Positions 1 to 10,468 of a stretch of 64,000 nucleotides of DNA are shown piece by piece; the first letter of the stretch is position 1, and every line of letters begins with the position of its first letter. The notes beneath the pieces are model-generated. The model saw only the letters and a program-made list of their open reading frames with translations. It did no database searches and was not told the DNA's origin. The position numbers were made by a program, and so were the translations under genes. The stretch lies in IMG/VR virus record IMGVR_UViG_3300028833_000137; one strand, given 5' to 3'. This DNA is from a virus (taxonomy: Duplodnaviria > Heunggongvirae > Uroviricota > Caudoviricetes).

Positions 1-1207
1 TATCATTTCGGCGACCAATCATAACTGGCTTATTATATTTATTTACAATAGCCATAGCAACAAGCCCAGTCAGTTCAGGCGGAATATTATCTTCTGGTTC
101 AATTTCTACAAGAATAATATTATTGCTTGCTAGGTCATTTTTTTGGATTTTAAAATCAATAAGGTCAATAGCCTTTTCCTTTAATTTATCTTGACGGGCC
201 TTTGCATTTTTACCTACACGCGCGGTTTGTTCTGCGGCAGTTTCTGTGTCTCCAACTTTTGCTCCGCGCTTTGTACTAGGAAGAACTAAATCAGGTTCTA
301 CAAAACAATAGAACATCGCTTCTTTTTCTTTCATAGAGCCAACGCGAGTAAGAGCGTTAATTAGTGGCGCAATATAAAAGGCAATATCAATTGGAGTTAA
401 ACCATACCAAGGAAATGTTGCTTTCTCTTTTAAGGAATAAGATTGAGAAGCTAATAGAGTTTGGAAACCTTTATTTTGAATATTTGATAAGCCTTCTAAC
501 ATCAAATAATTAGTCTCGGCTGTTGTCCTATCCATAACATCTGCAATTTCTCCAAGAGCTACTAAATCCATATATTCTTGTGCTTGATGAATACCAAGAA
601 CTTCATCTAATACTTCACAGAATTTATATACTACACCGGCACCGCAAAGCGATTTGTTTTCATAATGCGGTGAAAGCTGATTATTTACAATAATTGTATT
701 TGGAGCTGTTGAGATTACTGGATTGCCATCTGTATCATATAATTGCTCGTGATGGTCAAGCACAAGGCAATCAATTCCTAAATCAGCAAGCCGTTGATGT
801 TCTTCTACATCATAACTAGCAGAATCTGGACAAATGACTAAATCAATATCATTTAATGTTTCTAACCAATCAATTTTATCATCTAGTCCATGCTGTTTAT
901 GTTCATGTAAAGTAAAATTTAAATTAGCTTTTGGAAAAATATGTTTAATATAAAGCCATAGAATGGAGGAAGATGTAAATCCGTCACAATCTGAATCTAC
1001 TATAAACATAATTTTACTATTCTCGCGCAAATGCCTTAGTAGCATATCTGCGGCTAAATCTATATTTTCAAGTCCGTATGGGTCAAGTTCACATTTTGAA
1101 GTTGGATATAAAAAATTTTCAATATCTTTGACACCACGGTCTTTAAGAATTTCTTGTAGAGCGTATTCTGGATTTGTTGTATAATAATTTCTTAATCTAT
1201 ATTGCAT
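1..1207 (-). CDS. RecJ-like ssDNA exonuclease (DHH phosphoesterase), N-terminal part; gene runs off the window start
   Basis: Reverse-strand ATG at 1207 with no stop before position 1, so absent from the ORF track. Translation MQYRLRNYYTTNPEYALQEIL...FIVDSDCDGFTSSSILW...VLDHHE carries the DHH-family motifs DxD and DHH typical of RecJ. Confidence 0.5.
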   Translation of the reverse strand, partial: MQYRLRNYYTTNPEYALQEILKDRGVKDIENFLYPTSKCELDPYGLENIDLAADMLLRHLRENSKIMFIVDSDCDGFTSSSILWLYIKHIFPKANLNFTLHEHKQHGLDDKIDWLETLNDIDLVICPDSASYDVEEHQRLADLGIDCLVLDHHEQLYDTDGNPVISTAPNTIIVNNQLSPHYENKSLCGAGVVYKFCEVLDEVLGIHQAQEYMDLVALGEIADVMDRTTAETNYLMLEGLSNIQNKGFQTLLASQSYSLKEKATFPWYGLTPIDIAFYIAPLINALTRVGSMKEKEAMFYCFVEPDLVLPSTKRGAKVGDTETAAEQTARVGKNAKARQDKLKEKAIDLIDFKIQKNDLASNNIILVEIEPEDNIPPELTGLVAMAIVNKYNKPVMIGRRND

Positions 1208-1217
1208 AATATTACTC

Positions 1218-2342
1218 CTATTTTACTTTTACTCTTGTTTTATATAAATGTTCAAAAACTTCTTTGCCCTTATCAAACGGAGAATCTTTTTCCTCTAAAA
1301 CATTATCATAATCCCAAATATAAGAGAAAACAGCTTGATTAGTATATTTACGACACATAGATATTATTCGTTCTTTATACTTACGAGCCTTTTCAGTTCT
1401 CCAATCTGTATATTCTTTATCTAATGCTATGATAATTTCATTCGCACCTAAAATATCAGTTAATAAACTAATATGATATTTATTAAAAGTTGAGCCACAA
1501 CAAGCTACACAATTACTTAAATCTCCATAATAACCATCATCTAGTAATACTGATTTTTCAGCTTCTGCTATAATGGCTTGTTGCCGTCTTTTAATACCAT
1601 TTTGATGCTCATATATACCATACAAATTAAACTGTAATTGATGAGTATATAATACTTTTCCTATTTGTAGTGGACGATATTTACCATAAAGTTCTGCTTC
1701 TTCTTTATTAAAAGTTCGCCCACGAATACCTATTAATCTACCATTTATATCAAAATGAGGAATAACTACTTTATTTTGAGTTAATGAAAATCCTATATGA
1801 AATTTATCCATAGCCTCTTTTGTAATACCATCTTGTAGCCAAGAGGGATGATAATAATGGGTAAAGTATGATAATATTTCTTTTGGATATTCATCTAACA
1901 CTGGAATATTTGTTTTGAATTTATATCTTTCCGAATCTATTATTAAATCATTGGTGCGTTTTTGTGTAGAAACAATTATATGTTTTAAGCATTGTTTGAC
2001 ATAATCTTCTGCTTCTTCTAATGTCACAGGATAATGATTAATCGCCATATATTTTTGATATAATTTAAATATGGACATTGCTTCATTACATTCTGTATAA
2101 CATCTAAAAATTTTATTATTTTGATACCAATACAACTTCATAGATTCTGCTTCATTGATAGGATTATGACAAATTGTAGGACATACAAGATATTGCTTTT
2201 CTTTATTGACCATAATTTGTGTTACTCCAAGACTTTCAAGAAAATTCTTTACATCTTCTAATGTAATAGAATCTATAATATCCTTTTTGGAAGCAATAAT
2301 AAAATCTAAATCAGTGTCTTGATTTTTTAATGTTTGTATCAT
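1218..2342 (-). CDS. DNA primase (DnaG-like, CHC2 zinc finger)
   Basis: CPTICHNPINE...RCYTEC zinc-binding cluster like the primase CHC2 finger. Overlaps the upstream helicase gene by ATGA, the usual helicase-primase arrangement. Confidence 0.5.
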   Translation of the reverse strand: MIQTLKNQDTDLDFIIASKKDIIDSITLEDVKNFLESLGVTQIMVNKEKQYLVCPTICHNPINEAESMKLYWYQNNKIFRCYTECNEAMSIFKLYQKYMAINHYPVTLEEAEDYVKQCLKHIIVSTQKRTNDLIIDSERYKFKTNIPVLDEYPKEILSYFTHYYHPSWLQDGITKEAMDKFHIGFSLTQNKVVIPHFDINGRLIGIRGRTFNKEEAELYGKYRPLQIGKVLYTHQLQFNLYGIYEHQNGIKRRQQAIIAEAEKSVLLDDGYYGDLSNCVACCGSTFNKYHISLLTDILGANEIIIALDKEYTDWRTEKARKYKERIISMCRKYTNQAVFSYIWDYDNVLEEKDSPFDKGKEVFEHLYKTRVKVK

Positions 2343-3958
2343 GTTAGCACTCCAATTAAATCACGCCAATTACATATCATTTCTTCATTAGTTGTAGAAT
2401 AAGCTGTAGATTGCCAATCTATTATTTCACCATTAATTGTTGTCATAAATAAATCTAGTCTACGACCTGTACCTAAATGTATATGTGACCATATTCTTAC
2501 TCCACGATAACGTCCTCGTCGCATTTTATAAATATCTATAATATGAGTTGGTTTATAATCTTCATTTTCTAAATAGTTTGCATCTACTTTTCCTTCACGC
2601 GCTTTTTGCCTAAATTTGGGTAATAAATCATTCCAAATATCATCACTCATACGACTCATTACACAACCCATGTCGCATTTATCGGCAACCGCTTTTGAAC
2701 CACGAATACACGATTCATCTTTAAATTCTCCATCGCCTTCCATACCTTTCGCATTTACTTGTGTAGCAGAAAAAATAAAAACGCCATAATCTTTTGCGAT
2801 TTGTTTTAATTGATTCGCCATCATCATAAGAATAACATCTTCGCGCAAACCATTTTTCGCAAATTGATTCATCATGCTTGCGGTTGAATGGATGTAGTCA
2901 AAAAATACATATTTAACTTTATCTACTGTTGTATATTTTTTAATCGTAGTTTCCACATTGATAAGATTAGGGTCGCTAATTGCTTCAATTAAAAAATATC
3001 CTTGATACTTCTGCATAATGGTGCCCGCGTACTTAACCCGTTCTTCTTCGCCAATATCATATTTACCATTTAAAATATGCGCTTCATCTACACCAGATAA
3101 GTATGCCAACATAATTGTTTGAATTTCTTCTATATCCATTTCTGTCACGATGAATAATACTTTACGGGGTTGACGCGGTTCATCAAAGTTTAAATCACGA
3201 ATAAAGGTTCCTTTTTCATGCGACCATCTTTCGGGATATGCTAAACGACAAGCATCAAATACAGAAGTTCTTGATTTACCTGCATTTGTACTTGCAGATT
3301 TTAAAAATAAACATCCTTCACGCGCACCTCTACAAGCGTTTGTAAAAATTTCTCCTTCTAAATCTGGACCAGAATCTGGTCTTTCTTTTAATGACTCAAT
3401 AAGAGAAAAAATATTATTCGCAGGGTCAGTTTTTTCTTTTTTACCATTAATGAAATTATTTTTAATTTCATTAAATTTTCCTTCTACAGAATTAAGAATA
3501 TCATCTATTGAAGACTGTTCTAGTCGTTTTTTTATCTCATCTTCTTTTAATGGATCTACACTATCTTTATCTTCAATATAAAAATCGCTTATATCATAAT
3601 GCTGTTTTTGAAGATGATATAATAATGAATATTTTTTTACTCTTGTATAATATAGATCAAAATTTGATGGTTCAGCATATTCATAGGATACATTTAAAAA
3701 TTCTATGCCACCATTAGAAAAATATTCATTTGCCGCAGCAGTATCTCTATTACTATCAAATTCTTGGTCTATTGAATAAGGCGTCAATGTTTTCGCGCCC
3801 GCTTCATACATTTTTTTAATTATAAGAAAGCAGGCTTTCGCCATGGGAGTTTCAATAAAATCACTTACTTCTATATCTGGATATTCCAAAAATAATAAAG
3901 TATTATACATTAGGCTGCCAATGATTTGACGATAAGCTGGTCTATCAATCAAATTCAT
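2339..3958 (-). CDS. DnaB-like replicative DNA helicase
   Basis: P-loop variant SASTNAGKS and FSATQVNAKG, similar to DnaB motifs H1 and H4. Length 539 aa, adjacent to the primase. Confidence 0.5.
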   Translation of the reverse strand: MNLIDRPAYRQIIGSLMYNTLLFLEYPDIEVSDFIETPMAKACFLIIKKMYEAGAKTLTPYSIDQEFDSNRDTAAANEYFSNGGIEFLNVSYEYAEPSNFDLYYTRVKKYSLLYHLQKQHYDISDFYIEDKDSVDPLKEDEIKKRLEQSSIDDILNSVEGKFNEIKNNFINGKKEKTDPANNIFSLIESLKERPDSGPDLEGEIFTNACRGAREGCLFLKSASTNAGKSRTSVFDACRLAYPERWSHEKGTFIRDLNFDEPRQPRKVLFIVTEMDIEEIQTIMLAYLSGVDEAHILNGKYDIGEEERVKYAGTIMQKYQGYFLIEAISDPNLINVETTIKKYTTVDKVKYVFFDYIHSTASMMNQFAKNGLREDVILMMMANQLKQIAKDYGVFIFSATQVNAKGMEGDGEFKDESCIRGSKAVADKCDMGCVMSRMSDDIWNDLLPKFRQKAREGKVDANYLENEDYKPTHIIDIYKMRRGRYRGVRIWSHIHLGTGRRLDLFMTTINGEIIDWQSTAYSTTNEEMICNWRDLIGVLT

Positions 3959-3968
3959 TTAACCACTC

Positions 3969-4463
3969 CTATTCATTAAAAAAATAATCATCTATATTCC
4001 ATTCTTTTTGTTGTTTTATATTTTCTCTAATTTTTATTTGTGGGAGATCTTGTTTTTTAGTTCCTTCAATAATAGCATTAATTATTCTATTTTCTTTAAA
4101 TTCTTTAGCACGTTTATATTGTAGCATTTCTTCTACTAATGGAGGCTTGACTATGCCAAGCACTTTCTCTAATACAACATATCCTTTTACTTTATATGCG
4201 TATTCTAAACAATCAATAATTGTTTTATCAGTGTATCCATATGTTTTGTATAATTCTGCTTTTCTTTTATTTATTGTAGACCAAGATATATCTGTTTTAT
4301 AAAATTCTTTAACTTTAGTATAAAAATATTCTGATTCTTTTATAGCATTTAAACAAGCAGGACAATAACGATGCGGGTTTTTAGAACGCAACGTTACATA
4401 TTCAACTAAGTCATTTCTTGGAATTTGTTCTCCACATTTATAGCATTTTAATGTTGGCTTCAT
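3969..4463 (-). CDS. zinc-ribbon protein, function unknown
   Basis: CYKCGEQ...CPAC motif. Followed by a terminator. Confidence 0.3.
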   Translation of the reverse strand: MKPTLKCYKCGEQIPRNDLVEYVTLRSKNPHRYCPACLNAIKESEYFYTKVKEFYKTDISWSTINKRKAELYKTYGYTDKTIIDCLEYAYKVKGYVVLEKVLGIVKPPLVEEMLQYKRAKEFKENRIINAIIEGTKKQDLPQIKIRENIKQQKEWNIDDYFFNE

Positions 4464-4513
4464 TGCTTTTCCCTCCTACTATTTAGTATATCACAGATTT
4501 GAAAAAAAGTCAA

Positions 4514-4540
4514 TAAAAAAAGACCTATATAGGTCTTTTC
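4514..4540 (-). terminator. rho-independent terminator
   Basis: Minus-strand hairpin AAAGACCUAUAUAGGUCUUU followed by U7, directly after the stop of 4541..5545 and directly before the next TTGACT promoter. Confidence 0.6.
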
Positions 4541-5545
4541 TTATTCCATGATTTCTTTCATTTCATCTATGAATAATTCAACAAGGTCACTCTGTGAGGG
4601 AACTGCTTGACTAAGTTTAAAGGCTTCTGTGCCAAATACACGCTTGATAATATCTTTAGCGATATTAAAATGCTGTTCCTGTACTTCTTCTGATTCAGCT
4701 TCATTAATATAAGTTTGCCAAATCGCCTTAGCTTCTTCCATAATTTCATTAAATGGACGAGCTTTAATCTGCGCGATAACCGTGTGATCAGTTACTTCTG
4801 CTCCATCTTTTTCAACAGCTTGGTCAATTGCGTCACCAATCGCATCAACTAGCTCTTGATAACCAAACTTAATCTTTGGCGCCAAGTATTGATAGCGACT
4901 ACCGGCAAATACTGTTGGTGTAGAACGAGTATATAGATAGCGTTCAGACGTGCCATCGTTGTTCATCTGAACTTGTAAATATCCAATAATATCTACAATA
5001 CTATTTACAATCTGATAACACTGGTTTGGAAGGTCTGGGGCAACAGCGGTAATTTCATTGCCTTCTTCATCCCGCATCTCAGTTGACTTTTCCTTGCTGT
5101 GCGCGATAAATAGAATACCAAAACCAAGAAGTGTAATTTCGCGCCAGCATTCTGAGAACTCATTTCGTAGCATACCCCATCCTTGGCCCCAAGGGACTTC
5201 TCTAATAGAATCAACGCTCTCACGCTGACAAATATATTTCTCACAAAGCTGCCAGGCGATAGAGACAGTATCTACTACAATACTATCATACATTTCGCGC
5301 GCCTGTGGCTTACGTAACTGTGTTAATACCTTACGGAAATCACTCCAACGAAGAATAGGAACACTACGAATACCAGCCAGAGCATTAGTGCCTTGTTCAA
5401 AATTTAGGAACAATGAACGTGGTAGCTGAGAACCAAATGTAGACTTACCAGTCTTTGGCTGTCCATAAATTAAAAGGAACTTACCCTTTAGGTCTCTGGA
5501 AATTTTACTTGGCTCAAGAGAGAAAATATCAATATCATTTGCCAT
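4541..5545 (-). CDS. AAA-family ATPase (AAA_24 / Sak4-like recombination ATPase)
   Basis: Walker A LIYGQPKTGKST near the N-terminus, about 330 aa, adjacent to a putative ssDNA-binding gene. Confidence 0.45.
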   Translation of the reverse strand: MANDIDIFSLEPSKISRDLKGKFLLIYGQPKTGKSTFGSQLPRSLFLNFEQGTNALAGIRSVPILRWSDFRKVLTQLRKPQAREMYDSIVVDTVSIAWQLCEKYICQRESVDSIREVPWGQGWGMLRNEFSECWREITLLGFGILFIAHSKEKSTEMRDEEGNEITAVAPDLPNQCYQIVNSIVDIIGYLQVQMNNDGTSERYLYTRSTPTVFAGSRYQYLAPKIKFGYQELVDAIGDAIDQAVEKDGAEVTDHTVIAQIKARPFNEIMEEAKAIWQTYINEAESEEVQEQHFNIAKDIIKRVFGTEAFKLSQAVPSQSDLVELFIDEMKEIME

Positions 5546-5585
5546 ATGCTATTCCTCCTTAGAAAATGAGAATAAGGTTTTCACC

Positions 5586-6491
5586 TTATTCCCAATCATA
5601 GGACTTAGCGGCCTTAGCTGGCTCCTTAGCAGCCTTGGGAGCATTGCCTTTCTTGGCATCAATTTGTAGCTGCTCAATCATTGCCTTACGAACATTGAAA
5701 GCCTTCTTAATGTCAGTCTTATCGTAAGCGAACTCTTCTTCCTTGGGCTCATCGCTGCCCTTGGTGATAATTAGCTCACGTACTGTGCGAGTTGTTGCTT
5801 CAGGCACATCTTCGCCCCAAGAGCTTTCGGTAGCCTTTGGCTTATCCTCAATCGCGGTAACACGAATACGACCACGAACCTCTACAGTGTCATCAATATT
5901 CCAGTTACGCTCAATATAATCTGCGGTATCCTGATTCTCTACAATGAAATCAACTACATCAAGCTTACCCTGATACTGAACAATACCGCCCTTGATAATT
6001 AGACGACCAGTCTCTTCACCTTCACGGTCAGTTTCAGGCTTCATATCCATAATATAGACATCAATTACGAAAGAAGCAACATCCGCAGAACCACCAGCGT
6101 TAATGAAACTGGAATTAATCTGCCAGCCATGGATTAACTGCCCGCTATTACGAGAAACAAAGTTATTCTCACGTAGATTGGCACCAGATACACGCACGGT
6201 ATCTGCATTATCAATACCAACCATTTGGGCTGTCTTCATTTCAGCTAGATTCTCAATTTGAGTATAGCCAGGATTTAGCTTATCCTGCTTAGTATATTGA
6301 GCGGCGAACATACTTACGGGAATTTCACTTGTTTCCTCACGTCCACCGTAAGTCTGGGTTACACGAATTGTTAGATTCGCACGCTTATACTTGCGGCCAT
6401 CGCTTAGTTTATCATCAACAATAACTGCGTCTAGTAGCTTGCCAACAACATTAATTCTGTTATTTGCTTGTGTCATAATATCTTTACTCAT
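5586..6491 (-). CDS. hypothetical protein, possibly ssDNA-binding
   Basis: Position next to the Sak4-like ATPase, acidic and Lys/Ala-rich C-terminus. No strong motif, so the call rests on context only. Confidence 0.2.
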   Translation of the reverse strand: MSKDIMTQANNRINVVGKLLDAVIVDDKLSDGRKYKRANLTIRVTQTYGGREETSEIPVSMFAAQYTKQDKLNPGYTQIENLAEMKTAQMVGIDNADTVRVSGANLRENNFVSRNSGQLIHGWQINSSFINAGGSADVASFVIDVYIMDMKPETDREGEETGRLIIKGGIVQYQGKLDVVDFIVENQDTADYIERNWNIDDTVEVRGRIRVTAIEDKPKATESSWGEDVPEATTRTVRELIITKGSDEPKEEEFAYDKTDIKKAFNVRKAMIEQLQIDAKKGNAPKAAKEPAKAAKSYDWE

Positions 6492-6598
6492 ATTTATTTC
6501 TCCTTATCTTTTCTTTACATTTATTATATCATATTTTTTATATGTTGTCAAGATAAAACATGGGCGATTCCACGAGGGAATCGCCCTCATTTATTCTA

Positions 6599-6958
6599 TT
6601 AGGCGTTCTCCTTGGCAGCCTTAGCAGCAGCGCGCTCAGCAGCCTTACGCTCCTTCTCAGCAGCCTTAGCAGCCTGCTTAGCCTCTTCCTCAGCTACTGG
6701 GTCATAGGCTAGACCAGCTTCAGTTAGAGTCTCATGACGAATAGTCTTAACCTTTGCCTTACGAGTCTCGGTAGCGTCCTCAACAACCTTCTCTTCTAGA
6801 CGCTCAGTAACATAGCCCTTCTTAACTAGGCCATTAATAGAACCGGTAACGGCGGGAATGGAAATACCTAGGGTCTCTGCAATCTCATTCTTAGTAAACT
6901 CACGGCCAAAATTTTTCTTTAGAAAGTTTAGTACGAGTTCGGAATTAGGGGTAATCAT
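6599..6958 (-). CDS. winged-helix DNA-binding protein with KA-rich histone-like tail
   Basis: HTH-like segment FTKNEIAETLGISIPAVTGSINGLVKKGYV followed by an AKAAEKERKAAERAAAKAAK tail. Confidence 0.4.
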   Translation of the reverse strand: MITPNSELVLNFLKKNFGREFTKNEIAETLGISIPAVTGSINGLVKKGYVTERLEEKVVEDATETRKAKVKTIRHETLTEAGLAYDPVAEEEAKQAAKAAEKERKAAERAAAKAAKENA

Positions 6959-7166
6959 AATACATCATTCTCCTTTTGATTAAAAATTTAATTTGTTTGT
7001 AAGCGGCCAGGAGCTTTCTCCTTTTCCTCTTTACAATCTTATTATAACAGATTTTTCGGTGAAAGTCAAATATTAAATAATTTTTTCTTGCTACATTTTC
7101 AAGCTGGTTATTTTCCTTTCCCTTTTCTGTATTTATATTATATTATAAATTTAGAAAAAAGTCAAA

Positions 7167-7568
7167 TTATTCAGAATCTTTTTCATTTGATTTTGTATCT
7201 TCCTTAATTTCAAATAAGTGCTCTGCTAATTCTGTAGTTTTAGTAGCATCAGCATTATTAATTTGATCTAATTTGGGAATAATATCAATCTTATATTCTT
7301 GCAGGGCCTTCTGCTCATTCTTAATACGAGCATTTAATTGATTGGTAACAATAATCGTGCCTACAAGTAAACGAGCATAGTCAGCTTTATTCAATACTTC
7401 ATTAGTTCCAAGTTTATCGTGTAAGTCAAGAAAATCATTTCGCATTGTCTCTGCAGTTTGATAACCTTTTTCTTCGTTATTCTTCTTATGCTCTTCCATT
7501 ACTTGCTCTGCTATATTGGCAGTGCCTTGAGCAATCAAAGTAAATAATTCTACATATCTTTTATCCAT
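7167..7568 (-). CDS. hypothetical protein
   Basis: Compact minus-strand ORF with an upstream RBS. Confidence 0.3.
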   Translation of the reverse strand: MDKRYVELFTLIAQGTANIAEQVMEEHKKNNEEKGYQTAETMRNDFLDLHDKLGTNEVLNKADYARLLVGTIIVTNQLNARIKNEQKALQEYKIDIIPKLDQINNADATKTTELAEHLFEIKEDTKSNEKDSE

Positions 7569-7580
7569 ATTATTTCTCCA

Positions 7581-9968
7581 TTACATAATCTCTATTTCAC
7601 TCTCTACTCCTCGCGCGTCAATAATGCGAACTCCACTAGTTACACGATTTTGAACGGGAATAGAATCAACATTTAATAAAACCGCTTTATTATTAGTAGT
7701 AATAAATATCTTTTCTTGTGTTTCTGGTACAGCAAATACTGTTGCTAAAGTTTCTGTCTTTAAATCCATTACTTGCGAGCCTTTAATCGCACGACTAGTT
7801 GTATTGAAATCTTCTATTTTGGTAATCTTGCCTTTACCAGTAGTAGTAACAGTGAGAAGACCACGATAGCTTATATTTTTTTTGAATAGAGTCGCAGCGC
7901 AAATAGTTTCAGTTGCTCCTAATTTAATAGCTTTAACGCCCTTAGTCATTCTTCCAGTAGCAGAAACCTCACCAATTTCATAGAAGTTATAATTGCCAGC
8001 ACTACTAGTGATAAAAATCTTATCTTCATCACTCATAGAAAGATATACACCTACTAGTCTGTCATCAGTATCTAACTTCATAACAGCGGTGCCTTTCTTT
8101 GCTCTAACGTTATATTCACGAGTAGCTGTCTTTTTAATATAACCTTTCTTACTTATGGTTACTAAATTATGATATGCGTTGAAGGAAGTCGTATCTATTA
8201 GTAGCAGGACTTTTTCATTATCTTGTAGAACAATCAGTTCATAAACAGAATAGTCCTTCCCATAATCTAAATCAGCCAAAGAAAAATTATACATACGCCC
8301 AGCGTTAGTGAATGCGGCAACAACTCCAAGATTGGTTGTATATAAAGTATTAATCAAGTTCGCGTTCTTTGGAGGTTTAATATTTACACCTTTTCGACCG
8401 CGTTTTCCACCCTGTAAATCCTCTTTCTTAACAAGACGTAACATATTGTTATCAAATAACATTACGCCAACTTCTTCTTCTTGAATTTGCTGTTCCTCGT
8501 CATTTTCATTCTCTACAATATTTAAAATCTTGGTACGACGAGCGTCGCCATATTTATCAGCTACCAGTTGTAGTATTTTAATTAATTCATTATTCAAAGC
8601 GGTAGTATCAGATAATAAGTGACGATACTCCTCTATTTTTCTTTTAAGTTCTTCTAGTTCATCATTTAATTTGATAGCATCTATTTTTGTTAATGAGGAA
8701 AGTTTCATAGCAAGAATTGCCTTTGTCTGCTCCTCATTAAACTTAAAACGAGCAATAAGTTTTTCTGATGCTTCTGCTGGATTTTGAGAAGAGCGAATAA
8801 TTGCTACAACTTCATCAATAGAGGCTGCTGCAAGAATAAGTCCCTCCACTACATTTTCGCGCGCAAGTGCCTTATCCAAATCAAATTGAATCATATTTCG
8901 CTTACAATCACGAATATGAGTGATATAAGCATCGCACGCTTCGCGCCAACCAAACACCTTTGGAAAGCGCCCATTATCCAGTAGAATCATATTAATAGCA
9001 TACCAGTTCTCAAGACTCGTATCCTTATAAAGCTTGGCTATCATTCGCTTCGGATTTGCGCCCTTTGAAAGATAGATACGAATATCGGCTGTTTTCTTGG
9101 TATGGTCTACAACTCGTTCTATTCCATAACTTTCATTTTCATTTGTCAGTGCGGCTAATTGATCAATAACAGTGTTTGTAAAAACACCATAAGGCAATTC
9201 AGTAGCCTGAATCATATTCTGATCGGGGAAGTATTCAAGTTTTGCCTTTAGACGAATAGATTCACCCTTACCGTTTTTTAAGCTTTCACGCACTGCTTTG
9301 GCATTTGTAATTGTTCCACCGGTTGCGAAGTCAGGAGCACAATAAATTTCATTAAAGCTTACATTAGGATTTTGGATAATTTTAATTAATGCTTCATTTA
9401 CTTCGCGCAAATTAAATTGCGGAACTGAAGTCGCCATCGCAACAGCAATACCAGAACATCCATTCACAATATTCCAGAACCCAATTGAAGGAAATACAGA
9501 AGGAATCATTTCTGTATCATCATAATTGGAATACCATTGCTCTCCGATAGCATTTTTCTTTAAACCAGCAAAGAAGTAATCTGCCATTTCACCGGCGCGC
9601 ATCTCAACATAGCGTGCGGCCGCGTGACTATCAGGAGAAGATGGATTACCATAGTTACCTTGGACTTCTTCAATAGGATAACGATATGACCAAGGACGAG
9701 CAGTTCGTATGAAAGTATCATACATTGCTACATCGCCATGGACGTATGACTGAGCCATTGCCGCGGCGACTGATTTTTGTGCTTTTTGAAACTTGTCTTT
9801 ATGTGTTATCTTGTTAGAAAATTGAGCGTACAATCCTTGACGTAAGCCAATCTTTAAAAAATCCCTAGCATCCGGTATTGCACGTTCCTGTGCCACCGAA
9901 GCGGCGTAAGTCAAGAAAGCTCCTTCAATTTGTTTTTGAAAATCGGTTTCGTAAATCAAATTGTTCAC
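7581..9968 (-). CDS. DNA topoisomerase II large subunit (GyrA / T4 gp52-like)
   Basis: N-terminus YAASVAQERAIPDARDFLKIGLRQ matches the GyrA [24 protein letters not shown] region. Active-site region AAARYVEMR matches GyrA AAMRYTEIR. Confidence 0.8.
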   Translation of the reverse strand: MNNLIYETDFQKQIEGAFLTYAASVAQERAIPDARDFLKIGLRQGLYAQFSNKITHKDKFQKAQKSVAAAMAQSYVHGDVAMYDTFIRTARPWSYRYPIEEVQGNYGNPSSPDSHAAARYVEMRAGEMADYFFAGLKKNAIGEQWYSNYDDTEMIPSVFPSIGFWNIVNGCSGIAVAMATSVPQFNLREVNEALIKIIQNPNVSFNEIYCAPDFATGGTITNAKAVRESLKNGKGESIRLKAKLEYFPDQNMIQATELPYGVFTNTVIDQLAALTNENESYGIERVVDHTKKTADIRIYLSKGANPKRMIAKLYKDTSLENWYAINMILLDNGRFPKVFGWREACDAYITHIRDCKRNMIQFDLDKALARENVVEGLILAAASIDEVVAIIRSSQNPAEASEKLIARFKFNEEQTKAILAMKLSSLTKIDAIKLNDELEELKRKIEEYRHLLSDTTALNNELIKILQLVADKYGDARRTKILNIVENENDEEQQIQEEEVGVMLFDNNMLRLVKKEDLQGGKRGRKGVNIKPPKNANLINTLYTTNLGVVAAFTNAGRMYNFSLADLDYGKDYSVYELIVLQDNEKVLLLIDTTSFNAYHNLVTISKKGYIKKTATREYNVRAKKGTAVMKLDTDDRLVGVYLSMSDEDKIFITSSAGNYNFYEIGEVSATGRMTKGVKAIKLGATETICAATLFKKNISYRGLLTVTTTGKGKITKIEDFNTTSRAIKGSQVMDLKTETLATVFAVPETQEKIFITTNNKAVLLNVDSIPVQNRVTSGVRIIDARGVESEIEIM

Positions 9969-10013
9969 TTCCTTTTCTTATTTATTATATTATAACATAA
10001 ATTTTATAGAAAG

Positions 10014-10226
10014 TCAAATCTTTATAGACTTTCCACAATATGGACAATAATGATAATTAACGATACTAATTATATATTTGTTATTTGTAGATGGCCCTGT
10101 TGCTATAACAACCTGGTGGCATGCATTACATTCATATGGTAATAATAAAGTTCCATCTTCTAATCTTGGATATTTATTTGTAGGAGAACTTAAATTTATC
10201 CAATAATTCATAACATCCTCAACCAT
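10014..10226 (-). CDS. small zinc-ribbon protein
   Basis: CNACHQ...CPYCG pairs. Its start overlaps a degenerate copy of the 3' end of the GyrB-like gene. Confidence 0.3.
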   Translation of the reverse strand: MVEDVMNYWINLSSPTNKYPRLEDGTLLLPYECNACHQVVIATGPSTNNKYIISIVNYHYCPYCGKSIKI

Positions 10227-10468
10227 TCAAAAATACTAAAATCAACATTTTCAAAAACTATAATTATCTATAAACTTATGTATAGTTTTGAATAGAAGTC
10301 AATTATTTAAAAAGCTCTGGAGCATAGTGCTCTAATGCCTGATAAATACGAAAGACTGGAATTAGCCTTCCACCATTTGTATAAATTTGTTCTTTATCAA
10401 AGAAACTATAATCATCTATAAATTCATCAATAGTTTCAGGAAAACTCATTATATCTGCCATAAATACC